This document shows, one piece after another, positions 9,577 through 17,941 of a DNA stretch of 52,440 nt (position 1 is the first letter of the stretch; each line of letters opens with the position of its first letter). This stretch comes from Alphaproteobacteria bacterium (GTDB lineage Bacteria; Pseudomonadota; Alphaproteobacteria; Rickettsiales; SXRF01): positions 1-52,440 of the forward strand of contig RFOF01000003.1 in assembly GCA_009926845.1 (NCBI GenBank), in the 5' to 3' direction. Both the position numbers and the translations under genes were made by a program. Under the pieces are notes generated by a model. That model made no database searches. It was not told where the DNA came from and saw nothing but the letters and a program-made list of their open reading frames with translations.

Positions 9577-9605
9577 TTTGATGTGTGGTCATGTTGCTAA
9601 TAGAA

Positions 9606-9638
9606 CACAGGCATGAGGTTAATGACTTCATGCCTGTG
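9606..9638. terminator. Stem-loop after the lipoprotein genes (possible terminator or processing site)
   Basis: CACAGGCATGA-N11-TCATGCCTGTG inverted repeat without a strong U-tract. Confidence 0.4.
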
Positions 9639-9712
9639 CAAGTGCTTGACGTATTCATCAATTACTAGATATCTTCCCCCGAAGTTGTTAATAATAAAAG
9701 GGAAGGTCACTC

Positions 9713-10582
9713 ATGAAAAAAATCCACTCTGCCTCTGCACTCGCAGCCATTCTATCCGCCTCATTGTCAACCACTGCCTCTGCTGCTGAGAGCGATAAGA
9801 GTGGATACACTCTGTTTAACCCAACTCCCGTGGAAAAGATGCGGGATATGTCCACGGATCGCCCAGATCAGACGGAAAGCCCATTCACTGTCGATGCAGG
9901 GCATTTTCAAATTGAAGCTGACATCGTAAAATACACCTATGATCGCTACAAAGCAAACGGTGAAAACACTCGCACCAAAACATGGAATGTTGCGCCCGTA
10001 AACTTAAAGGCAGGTTTAACCAATAGCACTGACCTTCAAATCGTTATCGATAATTATGTGAACAGAACCGATAGCGATAAAGCAGCAGGAACCCGCGAAA
10101 CAACGGATGGTTTCGGTGATGTCACCGTTCGATTGAAGCATAACCTTTGGGGTAATGATGGTGGAAAAACAGCGTTTGCTTTGATGCCTTATGTTAAGCT
10201 TGCTACCAATCAGAATGATCTTGAAAACGATGATGTTGAGGGTGGTCTGATTGCTCCTTTGGCCATTGATCTTGGTGATGGCTACGGGCTTGGACTGATG
10301 ACGCAGGTAGATATTCTGAAAGATGCAGATGACAGTGGTTATCACCCCGCTTTTGTCAACACGGCCACCTTTGCAGTGGAATGGTCAGAGCAAATCGGTA
10401 CTTACTATGAAATCTTCACTGAAAAAGGAACGGATACGGGAGATCGCTGGGTGGTGTCATTTGACACGGGCGTGACCTATGGATTTACTGATAATATCCA
10501 GTTTGATGCCGGTATAAATATCGGGGTTACCGAAGCAGCAGATGATTATCAGCCGTTCGTTGGTGCGACCTATCGTTTCTAG
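9713..10582 (+). CDS. Outer-membrane barrel transporter (MetA-pathway/phenol-degradation-like family)
   Basis: Signal peptide, MSTDRPDQTESPFTVDAGHFQIE and GFGDVTVRLKHNLWG motifs, C-terminal YRF. Confidence 0.7.
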   Translation: MKKIHSASALAAILSASLSTTASAAESDKSGYTLFNPTPVEKMRDMSTDRPDQTESPFTVDAGHFQIEADIVKYTYDRYKANGENTRTKTWNVAPVNLKAGLTNSTDLQIVIDNYVNRTDSDKAAGTRETTDGFGDVTVRLKHNLWGNDGGKTAFALMPYVKLATNQNDLENDDVEGGLIAPLAIDLGDGYGLGLMTQVDILKDADDSGYHPAFVNTATFAVEWSEQIGTYYEIFTEKGTDTGDRWVVSFDTGVTYGFTDNIQFDAGINIGVTEAADDYQPFVGATYRF

Positions 10583-10591
10583 TTACCGACG

Positions 10592-11209
10592 GTGACCTTA
10601 TGTCACGATCATTGCAATAGCAACGAGCAACCAAACGTATCGGCAGAATACCGCAAGGTGCTATGGATATGTTTGGTTGCCAATGCGGTGATGTTCGTCG
10701 TGCAGATGATTGCCAGCTACGCCGCACACTCGGTTTCTCTGCTGGCCAATAGCGCGGATTTCTTCTCGGATGCTGCTAACTACGGAATCAGCCTTTATGT
10801 GCTGAACCTCTCCCTACGTCAGAAAGCGAAGGCTTCACTGTTCAAGGGCATTTCACTTGGGCTTGTGGGCTTATGGGTGGCGTTTGAAACACTGCATCAC
10901 TCGCTACAACCAGAACTGCCAGAGCCTTTGCTCATGGTTATTATCAGCGTGGTGGCACTTGCCGTGAATGTCGGTTGTGCGGTGCTGCTCTACAAATACC
11001 GTGGCGGTGATAGCAACCGCGAATCTGCCTGGATTTGTAGCCGAAATGACGCGATTGGCAATATCGCAGTGATGATTGCCGCCACTGGCGTGTTCGCCTC
11101 AAACACCATCTGGCCTGATATTATCGTCGCTGCAATCCTCGGCTGGCTGTCTGTAACGGGTGCATGGAGGATTATCATAGCAGCAAAAAATGAAGTAAAC
11201 TGGCGGTAA
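10592..11209 (+). CDS. Cation diffusion facilitator (CDF) family transporter, short form without cytoplasmic domain
   Basis: About six TM helices; SVSLLANSADFFSD and SAWICSRNDAIGN metal-site motifs; N-terminal CHDHC. Confidence 0.85.
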   Translation: MTLCHDHCNSNEQPNVSAEYRKVLWICLVANAVMFVVQMIASYAAHSVSLLANSADFFSDAANYGISLYVLNLSLRQKAKASLFKGISLGLVGLWVAFETLHHSLQPELPEPLLMVIISVVALAVNVGCAVLLYKYRGGDSNRESAWICSRNDAIGNIAVMIAATGVFASNTIWPDIIVAAILGWLSVTGAWRIIIAAKNEVNWR

Positions 11210-11324
11210 ATTGTAATTACAGATATAATTCACCCAGTTTATGCGCTCCCTGACCACATTTCCCTTATTATGGTGTTTTTTTCAGGTAATAGGTAATTAT
11301 GTTAAGAATGATTATAATTATTAC

Positions 11325-11371
11325 TTGACAGGCTGGTGAAGCACCCTATGTTTGAATGCGAATCATTCGCA
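11325..11371 (+). promoter_or_regulatory. sigma70 promoter with a Fur/Mur-type box
   Basis: TTGACA (11325-11330), 16 nt, TATGTT. Perfect 7-1-7 palindrome TGCGAAT-C-ATTCGCA at 11357-11371, directly upstream of a TonB-dependent receptor. Confidence 0.7.
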
Positions 11372-11394
11372 ATTGAACATAGGGAACTTCAGTT

Positions 11395-13380
11395 ATGTAC
11401 TGCCACAAAAAAATTATTGTAGGTTTGGCTTTCCTCATCACAACCACCACCGCTGCAACCCAAGTTCATGCAGAAGACAAAAAGGATGTGCAGGACAAGC
11501 GTGTGAAGGTGATGGAGCGTGTGACCGTGATCGGAACGCAAGATCGGCGCGAGGAGATTGCTGGTTCGGCCAGCATTGTGAGCAAAAAAACACTGGATCG
11601 CTATCAACACACCGATGTGCATCGGGCGCTTCAGGAAGTGCCGGGCGTTATTGTGCAGGAAGAAGACGGGCATGGCTTGCGCCCCAATATTGCCATTCGC
11701 GGCGGGCGCTCCAACCGCAGCGCCGACATTACGCTGATGGAAGATAATATTCTCACTGGCCCTGCACCCTATGCCGCGCCGGAAGCCTATTATTTCCCGC
11801 AGATGGATCGGATGGAATCACTCGAAGTGATCAAAGGCACCGGCTCAGTGAAATATGGCCCACGCACCACCAACGGCGTGCTCAACATGGTGACCAAACC
11901 TATTGCCAGTAAAAAGCAAGCAGACTTAGTCGCCGAGACCGGAAGTTACGGTACACACCGTGCAGGGATTACCACCGGCACGAGTTTTGAAAATGTCGGG
12001 CTGATGCTCAATGCCGTGCACAAAGAAACGGATGGCTTCAAGAATCTGGATTTTGTTGGTGGTGATACGGGATATAACGTGCAGGATGTACTCGGTAAAT
12101 TTCGGCTAAGTACCGACAAATCCGCAGAGCGTTATCAGGAGCTGGAAATTAAACTGGGCGGTTATGATGAGATTTCCAACGAAACCTATCTGGGGCTTAC
12201 GGCCAATGATTTTCGCGCGAACCCCAACCGCCGCTATGGTGCAAGCCAGCTTGACCAGATGGACAATGTTGCATGGCAAACCGCCGCTACCCATTTCATC
12301 GAACTTACCCCGCACACCAACCTCACTAGCACACTTTATCACAACGAAGTGGATCGCAGCTGGTATCGATTGAATGCGGTGCGCATCGGCGGCACGCGGC
12401 GCGATATTGGCGCGATATTTAATGATCCCACCGCTAATGCCGCTTATATTACTGCCTTTATACAAAACGAGATGAGCTGGGATCGCTGGACGTTCACACC
12501 CGGACTTCGCTTTGAGCGCATCACCCTTGGGCGCGATGATTACGGCGCGTTGGATCCCGGTCGTACCGGATCCGCGCTCACTAATTTTGAAAACACCCTA
12601 AACGTCTTTATTCCCGGTGCAGGCGTCACTTACGCCGTAACGCCGGAATGGAAGCTGCTGGGCGGCGTGCATAAGGGGTTTGCGCCTCCGGGTGTGCCGA
12701 ACAACACCGCCGAAGCCGCATTCACCGAGGAAGAGGAAAGCATCAACTACGAACTGGGCACGCGCTACAAATCAGGCAATGTCAGCGGCGAATTGATAGG
12801 GTTTCTCAATGATTATAAAAACCTACTGGGCCGCGATACCTTCTCCTCTGGTGGTGGTGGCAGCGGCGATACGTTCAACGGCGGCGAAGTGCAAGTGCGC
12901 GGGCTGGAGGCCAGTCTTGGCTATGATGCAGCGCAGGCAGCTGGATTGAATAAGGGTTATCGTCTACCACTGGTCGGCACCTACACACACACCAGAAGCG
13001 AATTCAAAAACAGCTTCTCCAGCAGTTTCTCCGAATGGGGAAATGTGCAGTCGGGGTTTGAACTGCCATATATGCCGCACCATCAGCTCTATCTTTCAGC
13101 AGGTTTAGAAACGGATGATTGGGGAATTTCGCTCGGCGGGAAATATGTGAGTGATATGCGCTCGGTGGCGGGCAAAGGAGCGATTCCTGAAAATCGTCTG
13201 GTGGAAGATCACTGGGTGTTCAACGTGGCGGGTGAGTATAAAATTACCGATCAGGTCAGTGGATTTGCCACTATCGATAACCTGTTTGACGAAACCTATA
13301 CTGCGGCACTACGTCCTGCCGGCTACCGCCCTAGTATGCCAATGACAGCTATGGCAGGTATAAAGATAGCCTTATGGTAG
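11395..13380 (+). CDS. TonB-dependent receptor (FecA-like iron uptake), possibly internally deleted
   Basis: Signal peptide, TonB-box-like ERVTVIG, plug motifs (GLRPNIAIRG, LEVIKGTGSVKYGP), C-terminal DNLFDETY...KIALW. Confidence 0.85.
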   Translation: MYCHKKIIVGLAFLITTTTAATQVHAEDKKDVQDKRVKVMERVTVIGTQDRREEIAGSASIVSKKTLDRYQHTDVHRALQEVPGVIVQEEDGHGLRPNIAIRGGRSNRSADITLMEDNILTGPAPYAAPEAYYFPQMDRMESLEVIKGTGSVKYGPRTTNGVLNMVTKPIASKKQADLVAETGSYGTHRAGITTGTSFENVGLMLNAVHKETDGFKNLDFVGGDTGYNVQDVLGKFRLSTDKSAERYQELEIKLGGYDEISNETYLGLTANDFRANPNRRYGASQLDQMDNVAWQTAATHFIELTPHTNLTSTLYHNEVDRSWYRLNAVRIGGTRRDIGAIFNDPTANAAYITAFIQNEMSWDRWTFTPGLRFERITLGRDDYGALDPGRTGSALTNFENTLNVFIPGAGVTYAVTPEWKLLGGVHKGFAPPGVPNNTAEAAFTEEEESINYELGTRYKSGNVSGELIGFLNDYKNLLGRDTFSSGGGGSGDTFNGGEVQVRGLEASLGYDAAQAAGLNKGYRLPLVGTYTHTRSEFKNSFSSSFSEWGNVQSGFELPYMPHHQLYLSAGLETDDWGISLGGKYVSDMRSVAGKGAIPENRLVEDHWVFNVAGEYKITDQVSGFATIDNLFDETYTAALRPAGYRPSMPMTAMAGIKIALW

Positions 13381-13385
13381 GATAA

Positions 13386-14045
13386 ATGATGTACGCGGCT
13401 TCTTTGAAAACATCCTCGAACATGAGGGCGATGGCAAGTTCCATCGCCTTTCATGCGTTTGTGACGGCATGGTTTTTGTCGTCTGCGACACCGGTCGAAA
13501 TCATGCCGCAACAGATGATTAAAGTAACGCTCTTGGCCGCGCCCAGCGCCGAGCCGGTTGAGCAAAACCCGGCACCTGTCCCCCAGCCGACACCGCCTGA
13601 CAAGGTGCAAAATCATGAGGTAAAAAAATCGAAAGAATCGCCTCGCGCCATGCAGAAACCCAAGCCTTCACCTCCTGCGCAAGCAGCGTCCGCAGAACAA
13701 TTGGCAGCACTAGCACCGGCGGCAGGGGAAATCACCAACACGACAGAAAAAGCCCAGATGGTGATGACAAAGCCGTTGTTTGATGCGGCGTATCTGAGCA
13801 ATCCCGCACCAGAATATCCAGCACAAGCCAAGCGTAGAAACATGGAAGGAACCGTGATGCTCGATGTGGTGGTAAGTCAGGTTGGAGCAGCACGCAGCGT
13901 GTATATCGCCGAAAGCAGCGGCTTTGCTCTATTGGATGAATCCGCTAAGAATGCCGTATCACGCTGGAAATTTGTTCCGGCCAAGCGCGGAGGTGAAATC
14001 GTGGAGGCGCGCGTAATGGTACCAATTGAATTCAGACTGGAGTAA
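13386..14045 (+). CDS. tonB: TonB energy transducer
   Basis: N-terminal TM with SxxxH, Pro-rich linker, YPAQAKRRNMEGTV and SSGFALLD C-terminal motifs. Confidence 0.9.
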   Translation: MMYAASLKTSSNMRAMASSIAFHAFVTAWFLSSATPVEIMPQQMIKVTLLAAPSAEPVEQNPAPVPQPTPPDKVQNHEVKKSKESPRAMQKPKPSPPAQAASAEQLAALAPAAGEITNTTEKAQMVMTKPLFDAAYLSNPAPEYPAQAKRRNMEGTVMLDVVVSQVGAARSVYIAESSGFALLDESAKNAVSRWKFVPAKRGGEIVEARVMVPIEFRLE

Positions 14046-14053
14046 AAAAGCGC

Positions 14054-14722
14054 ATGAATCTTACCTATATTTTTGAACAGGGCGACCCCTTATTAATCGG
14101 CGTTTTTCTGCTGTTGCTTGTCATGTCGTTTGCCAGCTGGTGGGTGATTTTTCTGAAGATAAGCCAGCACCGCACGGAGCGTAAATCTATTGCTGCATTT
14201 CAGGCACAGGTAATGCAAACCGCAGATTGGCCTTTGCACTTAAGAGCGATTCCTGCACAGGCTGGCAGTATCAGCGTGTTGATACAAGAAGCCATCAAGC
14301 AACATGCAGCTCTGCCATCCGATGCGGATATTGATCGCCGAGAAAAACTGCTCACTGCGTATCTTTCTCAAACGCTAGATATGTTGCGTGTGGAATTGGA
14401 CAAAGGACTCACGCTGCTAGCATCAGTCGGAAGTTCATCGCCTTTTATCGGGCTGTTTGGCACTGTCTGGGGTATTTACGGTGCGCTAACACGCATCGCA
14501 ACAGAGGGAAATGCCAGCTTGAATGTCGTTGCAGGCCCAATGGGAGAGGCATTGGTGGCAACTGCAGTGGGTCTGTTTGCTGCGATTCCTGCGGTGCTTG
14601 CCTATAATGCCTTCGCACGCCAGAACCGTCTTTTAGTACAGGATTTACGGCATGTCGCAGAGCAAATGACGCTAAAATTACCGTGTGCGGAGGAAAATAA
14701 TGGCACTCAGCGGATTCGATAA
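14054..14722 (+). CDS. exbB: ExbB/TolQ/MotA proton channel
   Basis: SSPFIGLFGTVWGI and EALVATAVGLFAAIPA motifs; lies between tonB and exbD. Confidence 0.9.
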   Translation: MNLTYIFEQGDPLLIGVFLLLLVMSFASWWVIFLKISQHRTERKSIAAFQAQVMQTADWPLHLRAIPAQAGSISVLIQEAIKQHAALPSDADIDRREKLLTAYLSQTLDMLRVELDKGLTLLASVGSSSPFIGLFGTVWGIYGALTRIATEGNASLNVVAGPMGEALVATAVGLFAAIPAVLAYNAFARQNRLLVQDLRHVAEQMTLKLPCAEENNGTQRIR

Positions 14723-15113
14723 AGACGATTTTCAGGCACCGATGGCAGAGATCAACACCACGCCACTGGTGGATGTGATGCTGGTGCTATTAGTGATTTT
14801 CCTCGTCACCGCACCGATGTTGACACAGGCTATCAAGATCGAGCTTCCGAGTGATAACACCTCTGCCATCGCAGATGACAAACCTATCACGCTATCCATT
14901 GATGCCGGCGGTCAGTATTATTGGGACAATACGGCAATCACACCGGAAAATTTAGACAAACGCTTAAAGGAAGCCGCTGCCAATAATTCCAAGCAACCCA
15001 TTCACCTGCGAGCGGATAAAAAAACGGCGTACGAGAAAGTAAGCCATATCCTCGCCGCCGCGCAAGCAAACGGCCTGTATAATATAGGCTTTGTTACGGA
15101 GCCAACAAAATAA
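14700..15113 (+). CDS. exbD: ExbD/TolR
   Basis: EINTTPLVDVMLVLLVIF and LRADK motifs; ATG 14700 follows a GGAGG RBS. Confidence 0.9.
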   Translation: MALSGFDKDDFQAPMAEINTTPLVDVMLVLLVIFLVTAPMLTQAIKIELPSDNTSAIADDKPITLSIDAGGQYYWDNTAITPENLDKRLKEAAANNSKQPIHLRADKKTAYEKVSHILAAAQANGLYNIGFVTEPTK

Positions 15114-15146
15114 AAAAGCCCCGAACCTTTCGGAACGGGGCTTGTT
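15112..15146 (-). terminator. Terminator between the convergent exbD and phage late operon
   Basis: AAGCCCCG...CGGGGCTT stem with the T-tract on the minus strand; probably bidirectional. Confidence 0.75.
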
Positions 15147-15222
15147 AGGGAGGGATGATAGTATCATTCCGCACTTGATGATTGGGGTCTTGGAAAACCA
15201 TGATGTGTTTGCCTTTTCGCAT
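15145..15222 (-). CDS. Possible 25-aa peptide (MRKGKHIMVFQDPNHQVRNDTIIPP)
   Basis: Strong AAGGAGG RBS just upstream of the ATG; stop codon abuts the terminator; below the ORF-track size cutoff. Confidence 0.35.
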   Translation of the reverse strand: MRKGKHIMVFQDPNHQVRNDTIIPP

Positions 15223-15234
15223 TTGAACCTCCTT

Positions 15235-15519
15235 TTAGGTATAAAATCCTCGCACGACGAGATTCACATCGGTGTCCACTGTGCCGCCGATAACCTGTCC
15301 TTTCATCCAGCAATTTGATAGGTGCAAGTTCTTGGGCTTTGATGTCTGCACCAGCGCGTAACCCTCTAGGTCGAACCATACCGAACCGTTGGGGCTCACA
15401 AGCAGCTTGATAGTTGCGCCTGCAAAATTACCCCAGCAATAAACCGTAGCCATGCCACCGGCATATTGGTGTGCCTCTCCATTAGTATTTGCTACTGCAT
15501 CTTTGAGTAATTCCATCAT
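15235..15519 (-). CDS. Phage hypothetical protein (beta-rich)
   Basis: 94-aa ORF with AGGA RBS, near the end of the late operon. Confidence 0.6.
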   Translation of the reverse strand: MMELLKDAVANTNGEAHQYAGGMATVYCWGNFAGATIKLLVSPNGSVWFDLEGYALVQTSKPKNLHLSNCWMKGQVIGGTVDTDVNLVVRGFYT

Positions 15520-15529
15520 ACTGCTATCC

Positions 15530-15955
15530 TTATGATACGAAAAGCATTGCCTCGGCCGCGCGACGGCGGATTAATCCCTTTACCGGCTTTTTGCCCATGC
15601 GATGCCAGCGCAGGATTTGTTCTGGCGCATCATCGAAACGAAGCGCACCCAGAACATCAACCAGCGTGGTGTTGGCAAATGCTTTGGGAATGTTGAAAGC
15701 CAGTGCAGCGAGTGCTGAAAACTGATTGCTGTTCAGAGCAATCCGCACGGACTTTGTGACTATCGCCTCTGCTTCGGCAAGGTCTTTGAGGAAGATGGTT
15801 TCTGCCTGCGCCGATGTGATGACAGTGAATTTCTCACCAGGCTTAATGAGGTGACCCCAGCCGATTGTTAGCTTGCCGCCAAGATCAGCGTATGGCTTGA
15901 GTTTTAGCCCTTCAAATTCTTTGATAAGGGTGATTGCGTCTGCATTTGTTTTCAT
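15530..15955 (-). CDS. Endolysin, GH24 (T4/P21-like lysozyme)
   Basis: E-X8-D-X5-T catalytic triad in FEGLKLKPYADLGGKLTIGWGH and C-terminal GLIRRRAAE. Start at ATG 15955 preferred. Confidence 0.92.
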   Translation of the reverse strand: MKTNADAITLIKEFEGLKLKPYADLGGKLTIGWGHLIKPGEKFTVITSAQAETIFLKDLAEAEAIVTKSVRIALNSNQFSALAALAFNIPKAFANTTLVDVLGALRFDDAPEQILRWHRMGKKPVKGLIRRRAAEAMLFVS

Positions 15956-15959
15956 ATGA

Positions 15960-16334
15960 TTAACCTGCTTTTCTGTGGTGTTCATTGCGAATTTCCCTAT
16001 GAATTTCGCGTGTTTCGCGGATGACTGCGTCCATCTCGTTTCTGCTGTCTTTGAGAATCAGCACCATCTCACGCAGTAGCTGCGTTTGGATGTCGAGATT
16101 GCTGGTGAGCTTTTCTATGGCGTTTTCCAGCGAACGGCGCAGATACCAGATTTTCACGCCGTCCTCGTCGGTGACTGCGTGCCACTCGTGCAGCTCTTGG
16201 ATTTGCTTTGCCATGTTGTCGATTACGAGGTTGCTCTGCGCTCGCACTTTTTCTTTCAAAAAGCCGAACACTTCACGCAAAACCAGCAAGGCAAATAGCC
16301 CGCCAGCTCCTACTTGTAGGAATTGGTCATCCAT
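15960..16334 (-). CDS. Single-TM membrane protein, holin/antiholin candidate
   Basis: N-terminal hydrophobic helix (VGAGGLFALLVL) and a coiled-coil tail, directly upstream of the endolysin. Confidence 0.5.
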   Translation of the reverse strand: MDDQFLQVGAGGLFALLVLREVFGFLKEKVRAQSNLVIDNMAKQIQELHEWHAVTDEDGVKIWYLRRSLENAIEKLTSNLDIQTQLLREMVLILKDSRNEMDAVIRETREIHREIRNEHHRKAG

Positions 16335-16354
16335 ATAGTTTCCTTTGGTTTGAG

Positions 16355-17929
16355 TTATGCAAAGTCGGCATCAAAGCCGAGAATGTTATCGGTGGTAACA
16401 ATCACATGGTCTTTGGCAGTGCCGCCCGTGTAACCATTCACACGCACATATGCGCCATTGGCAGAATAGGATGTGCCCGCGCCAACGATGGCAGATGCAG
16501 CACCAGTTTTTGCGCCAACGGCAATTTGCTGAACGGCAGGCGTAGTGGTAAGCAAAGCCCCTGTGGGAGCCACACGCATTTCCACGGGAAAAATAACTGC
16601 TAAGTCAATTTCAGTGGCGGAGTTGAAACCGCCTTGCAACCCTTTGCCCAGCTTTTGCCAGAAGCGTTTGCATTTACTGCGAGTAATTGGCACAGGCTCT
16701 TGCTCAAATTGCGTAGCGAACGCGCCCAGCTCAAACTGGAGCTGACGGATAAGGAAATCCTTGGTGGTAATTGCACCGCAAGCCATTTGTAGTTCGATTT
16801 CAATGCCGTTGCTTGGGTCGCCCATCGAGATATTCTCAAATTTGACAGGCGATTCACTATTGTTTGGAACGCTGATAGCACTGGAAGTTGCAATGACGGT
16901 GGTTGCCGTAAAGTTATCAACGGCATTGGCTTTGCGCACGATAACCGTGCAGTTCATAGCCGAGCCGATTGCATGAAACAGCGAGCAGGAAAATGAGGCG
17001 ATTTGGTTGACGAAGATTTCAGCATCTTTCGCTTCAATGCGGTGGCGCAGCTTCAATACACCGGCTCCCGTCATGGTGACGGTCTGGAATTTTACATATT
17101 CCTTGCCAGAAAATGCGCTCTGCGTAAGTGTGCCTGCGCTGACAGCCGTGCCACTGGCTTGACCTTGGAATCGGTCGGTCTTTCCATATGCCCAAGTGTT
17201 ATTGACCAGCGTAAAATCATTGCGCTCGGCAACCACGCAGTTGCCGTTAGTGATATAATTTTTGTGGTTGATGGGGGAAATATCGGAAATCAGCGGCTCT
17301 TTCATAAAGTTGGTCACGCCGTTGTTGCGGATTTTCCAAGCGATATAAAAGTTCGTGCCGTCCGATGTTTTAAGCGTCAGCTCATTATCGCCCAGCAAAC
17401 CCAGCTCGGCATATGTCACAAAGCCTTGCTGGAAGATAAACTCAAGGTTTTGCGCGGCATTCGCCTTGTTCATCTGCAGGAAGAAGCCAGCACTGCCATT
17501 GATTAATGCGGATGGCCCAAACAGATTGATGATGTGAGTGGCGTGCGGTGCAGTGCCAAGCCCGATCCGTGCAAACTGTGGTGTGGACAATGCCTCAATC
17601 GTACTCACCCAGGCAGTGCCTGAATATGAATAGAGCTTGTCTTCGTCCTTAACCCATAGGGTCAGCCCTTCCTTTGGCACAAGGAACCGCCAAGAAGCAT
17701 CATACCATGCGATTTGGTTGTCCTTGCCCGCCCATGCGCCTGTCGCGCCTGTAGCAGGGATATAAACGTCCCCTGTGGCAGGCGAACCCGGCGGAGCAGT
17801 CAGGTCTTTATCAATAACGCCTGTGTTAAGAATCGCATCAATCAGTTTTACGGCATCATTAACCGTAACCTCTTTTTGCGATTGGCTTTGTTCGACAAGC
17901 GTTATGCCGAGATTGTTGGTGGTTGCCAT
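16355..17929 (-). CDS. Tail fibre / receptor-binding protein with N-terminal DUF2793-like domain
   Basis: QSQKEVTVNDA, PPGSPATGDVYI, GAWAGKD and LGLLGD motifs. C-terminal NYITNGN...QLQFELGAFATQFE...CKRFW fibre domain. Confidence 0.8.
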   Translation of the reverse strand: MATTNNLGITLVEQSQSQKEVTVNDAVKLIDAILNTGVIDKDLTAPPGSPATGDVYIPATGATGAWAGKDNQIAWYDASWRFLVPKEGLTLWVKDEDKLYSYSGTAWVSTIEALSTPQFARIGLGTAPHATHIINLFGPSALINGSAGFFLQMNKANAAQNLEFIFQQGFVTYAELGLLGDNELTLKTSDGTNFYIAWKIRNNGVTNFMKEPLISDISPINHKNYITNGNCVVAERNDFTLVNNTWAYGKTDRFQGQASGTAVSAGTLTQSAFSGKEYVKFQTVTMTGAGVLKLRHRIEAKDAEIFVNQIASFSCSLFHAIGSAMNCTVIVRKANAVDNFTATTVIATSSAISVPNNSESPVKFENISMGDPSNGIEIELQMACGAITTKDFLIRQLQFELGAFATQFEQEPVPITRSKCKRFWQKLGKGLQGGFNSATEIDLAVIFPVEMRVAPTGALLTTTPAVQQIAVGAKTGAASAIVGAGTSYSANGAYVRVNGYTGGTAKDHVIVTTDNILGFDADFA

Positions 17930-17941
17930 TGGATAACCTGA

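Noticed and set aside
11441-11452. CAACCACCAC resembling the early leader motif
   Set aside because: It lies in the Thr-rich signal peptide coding region of the receptor, is only a partial match, and has no promoter context.
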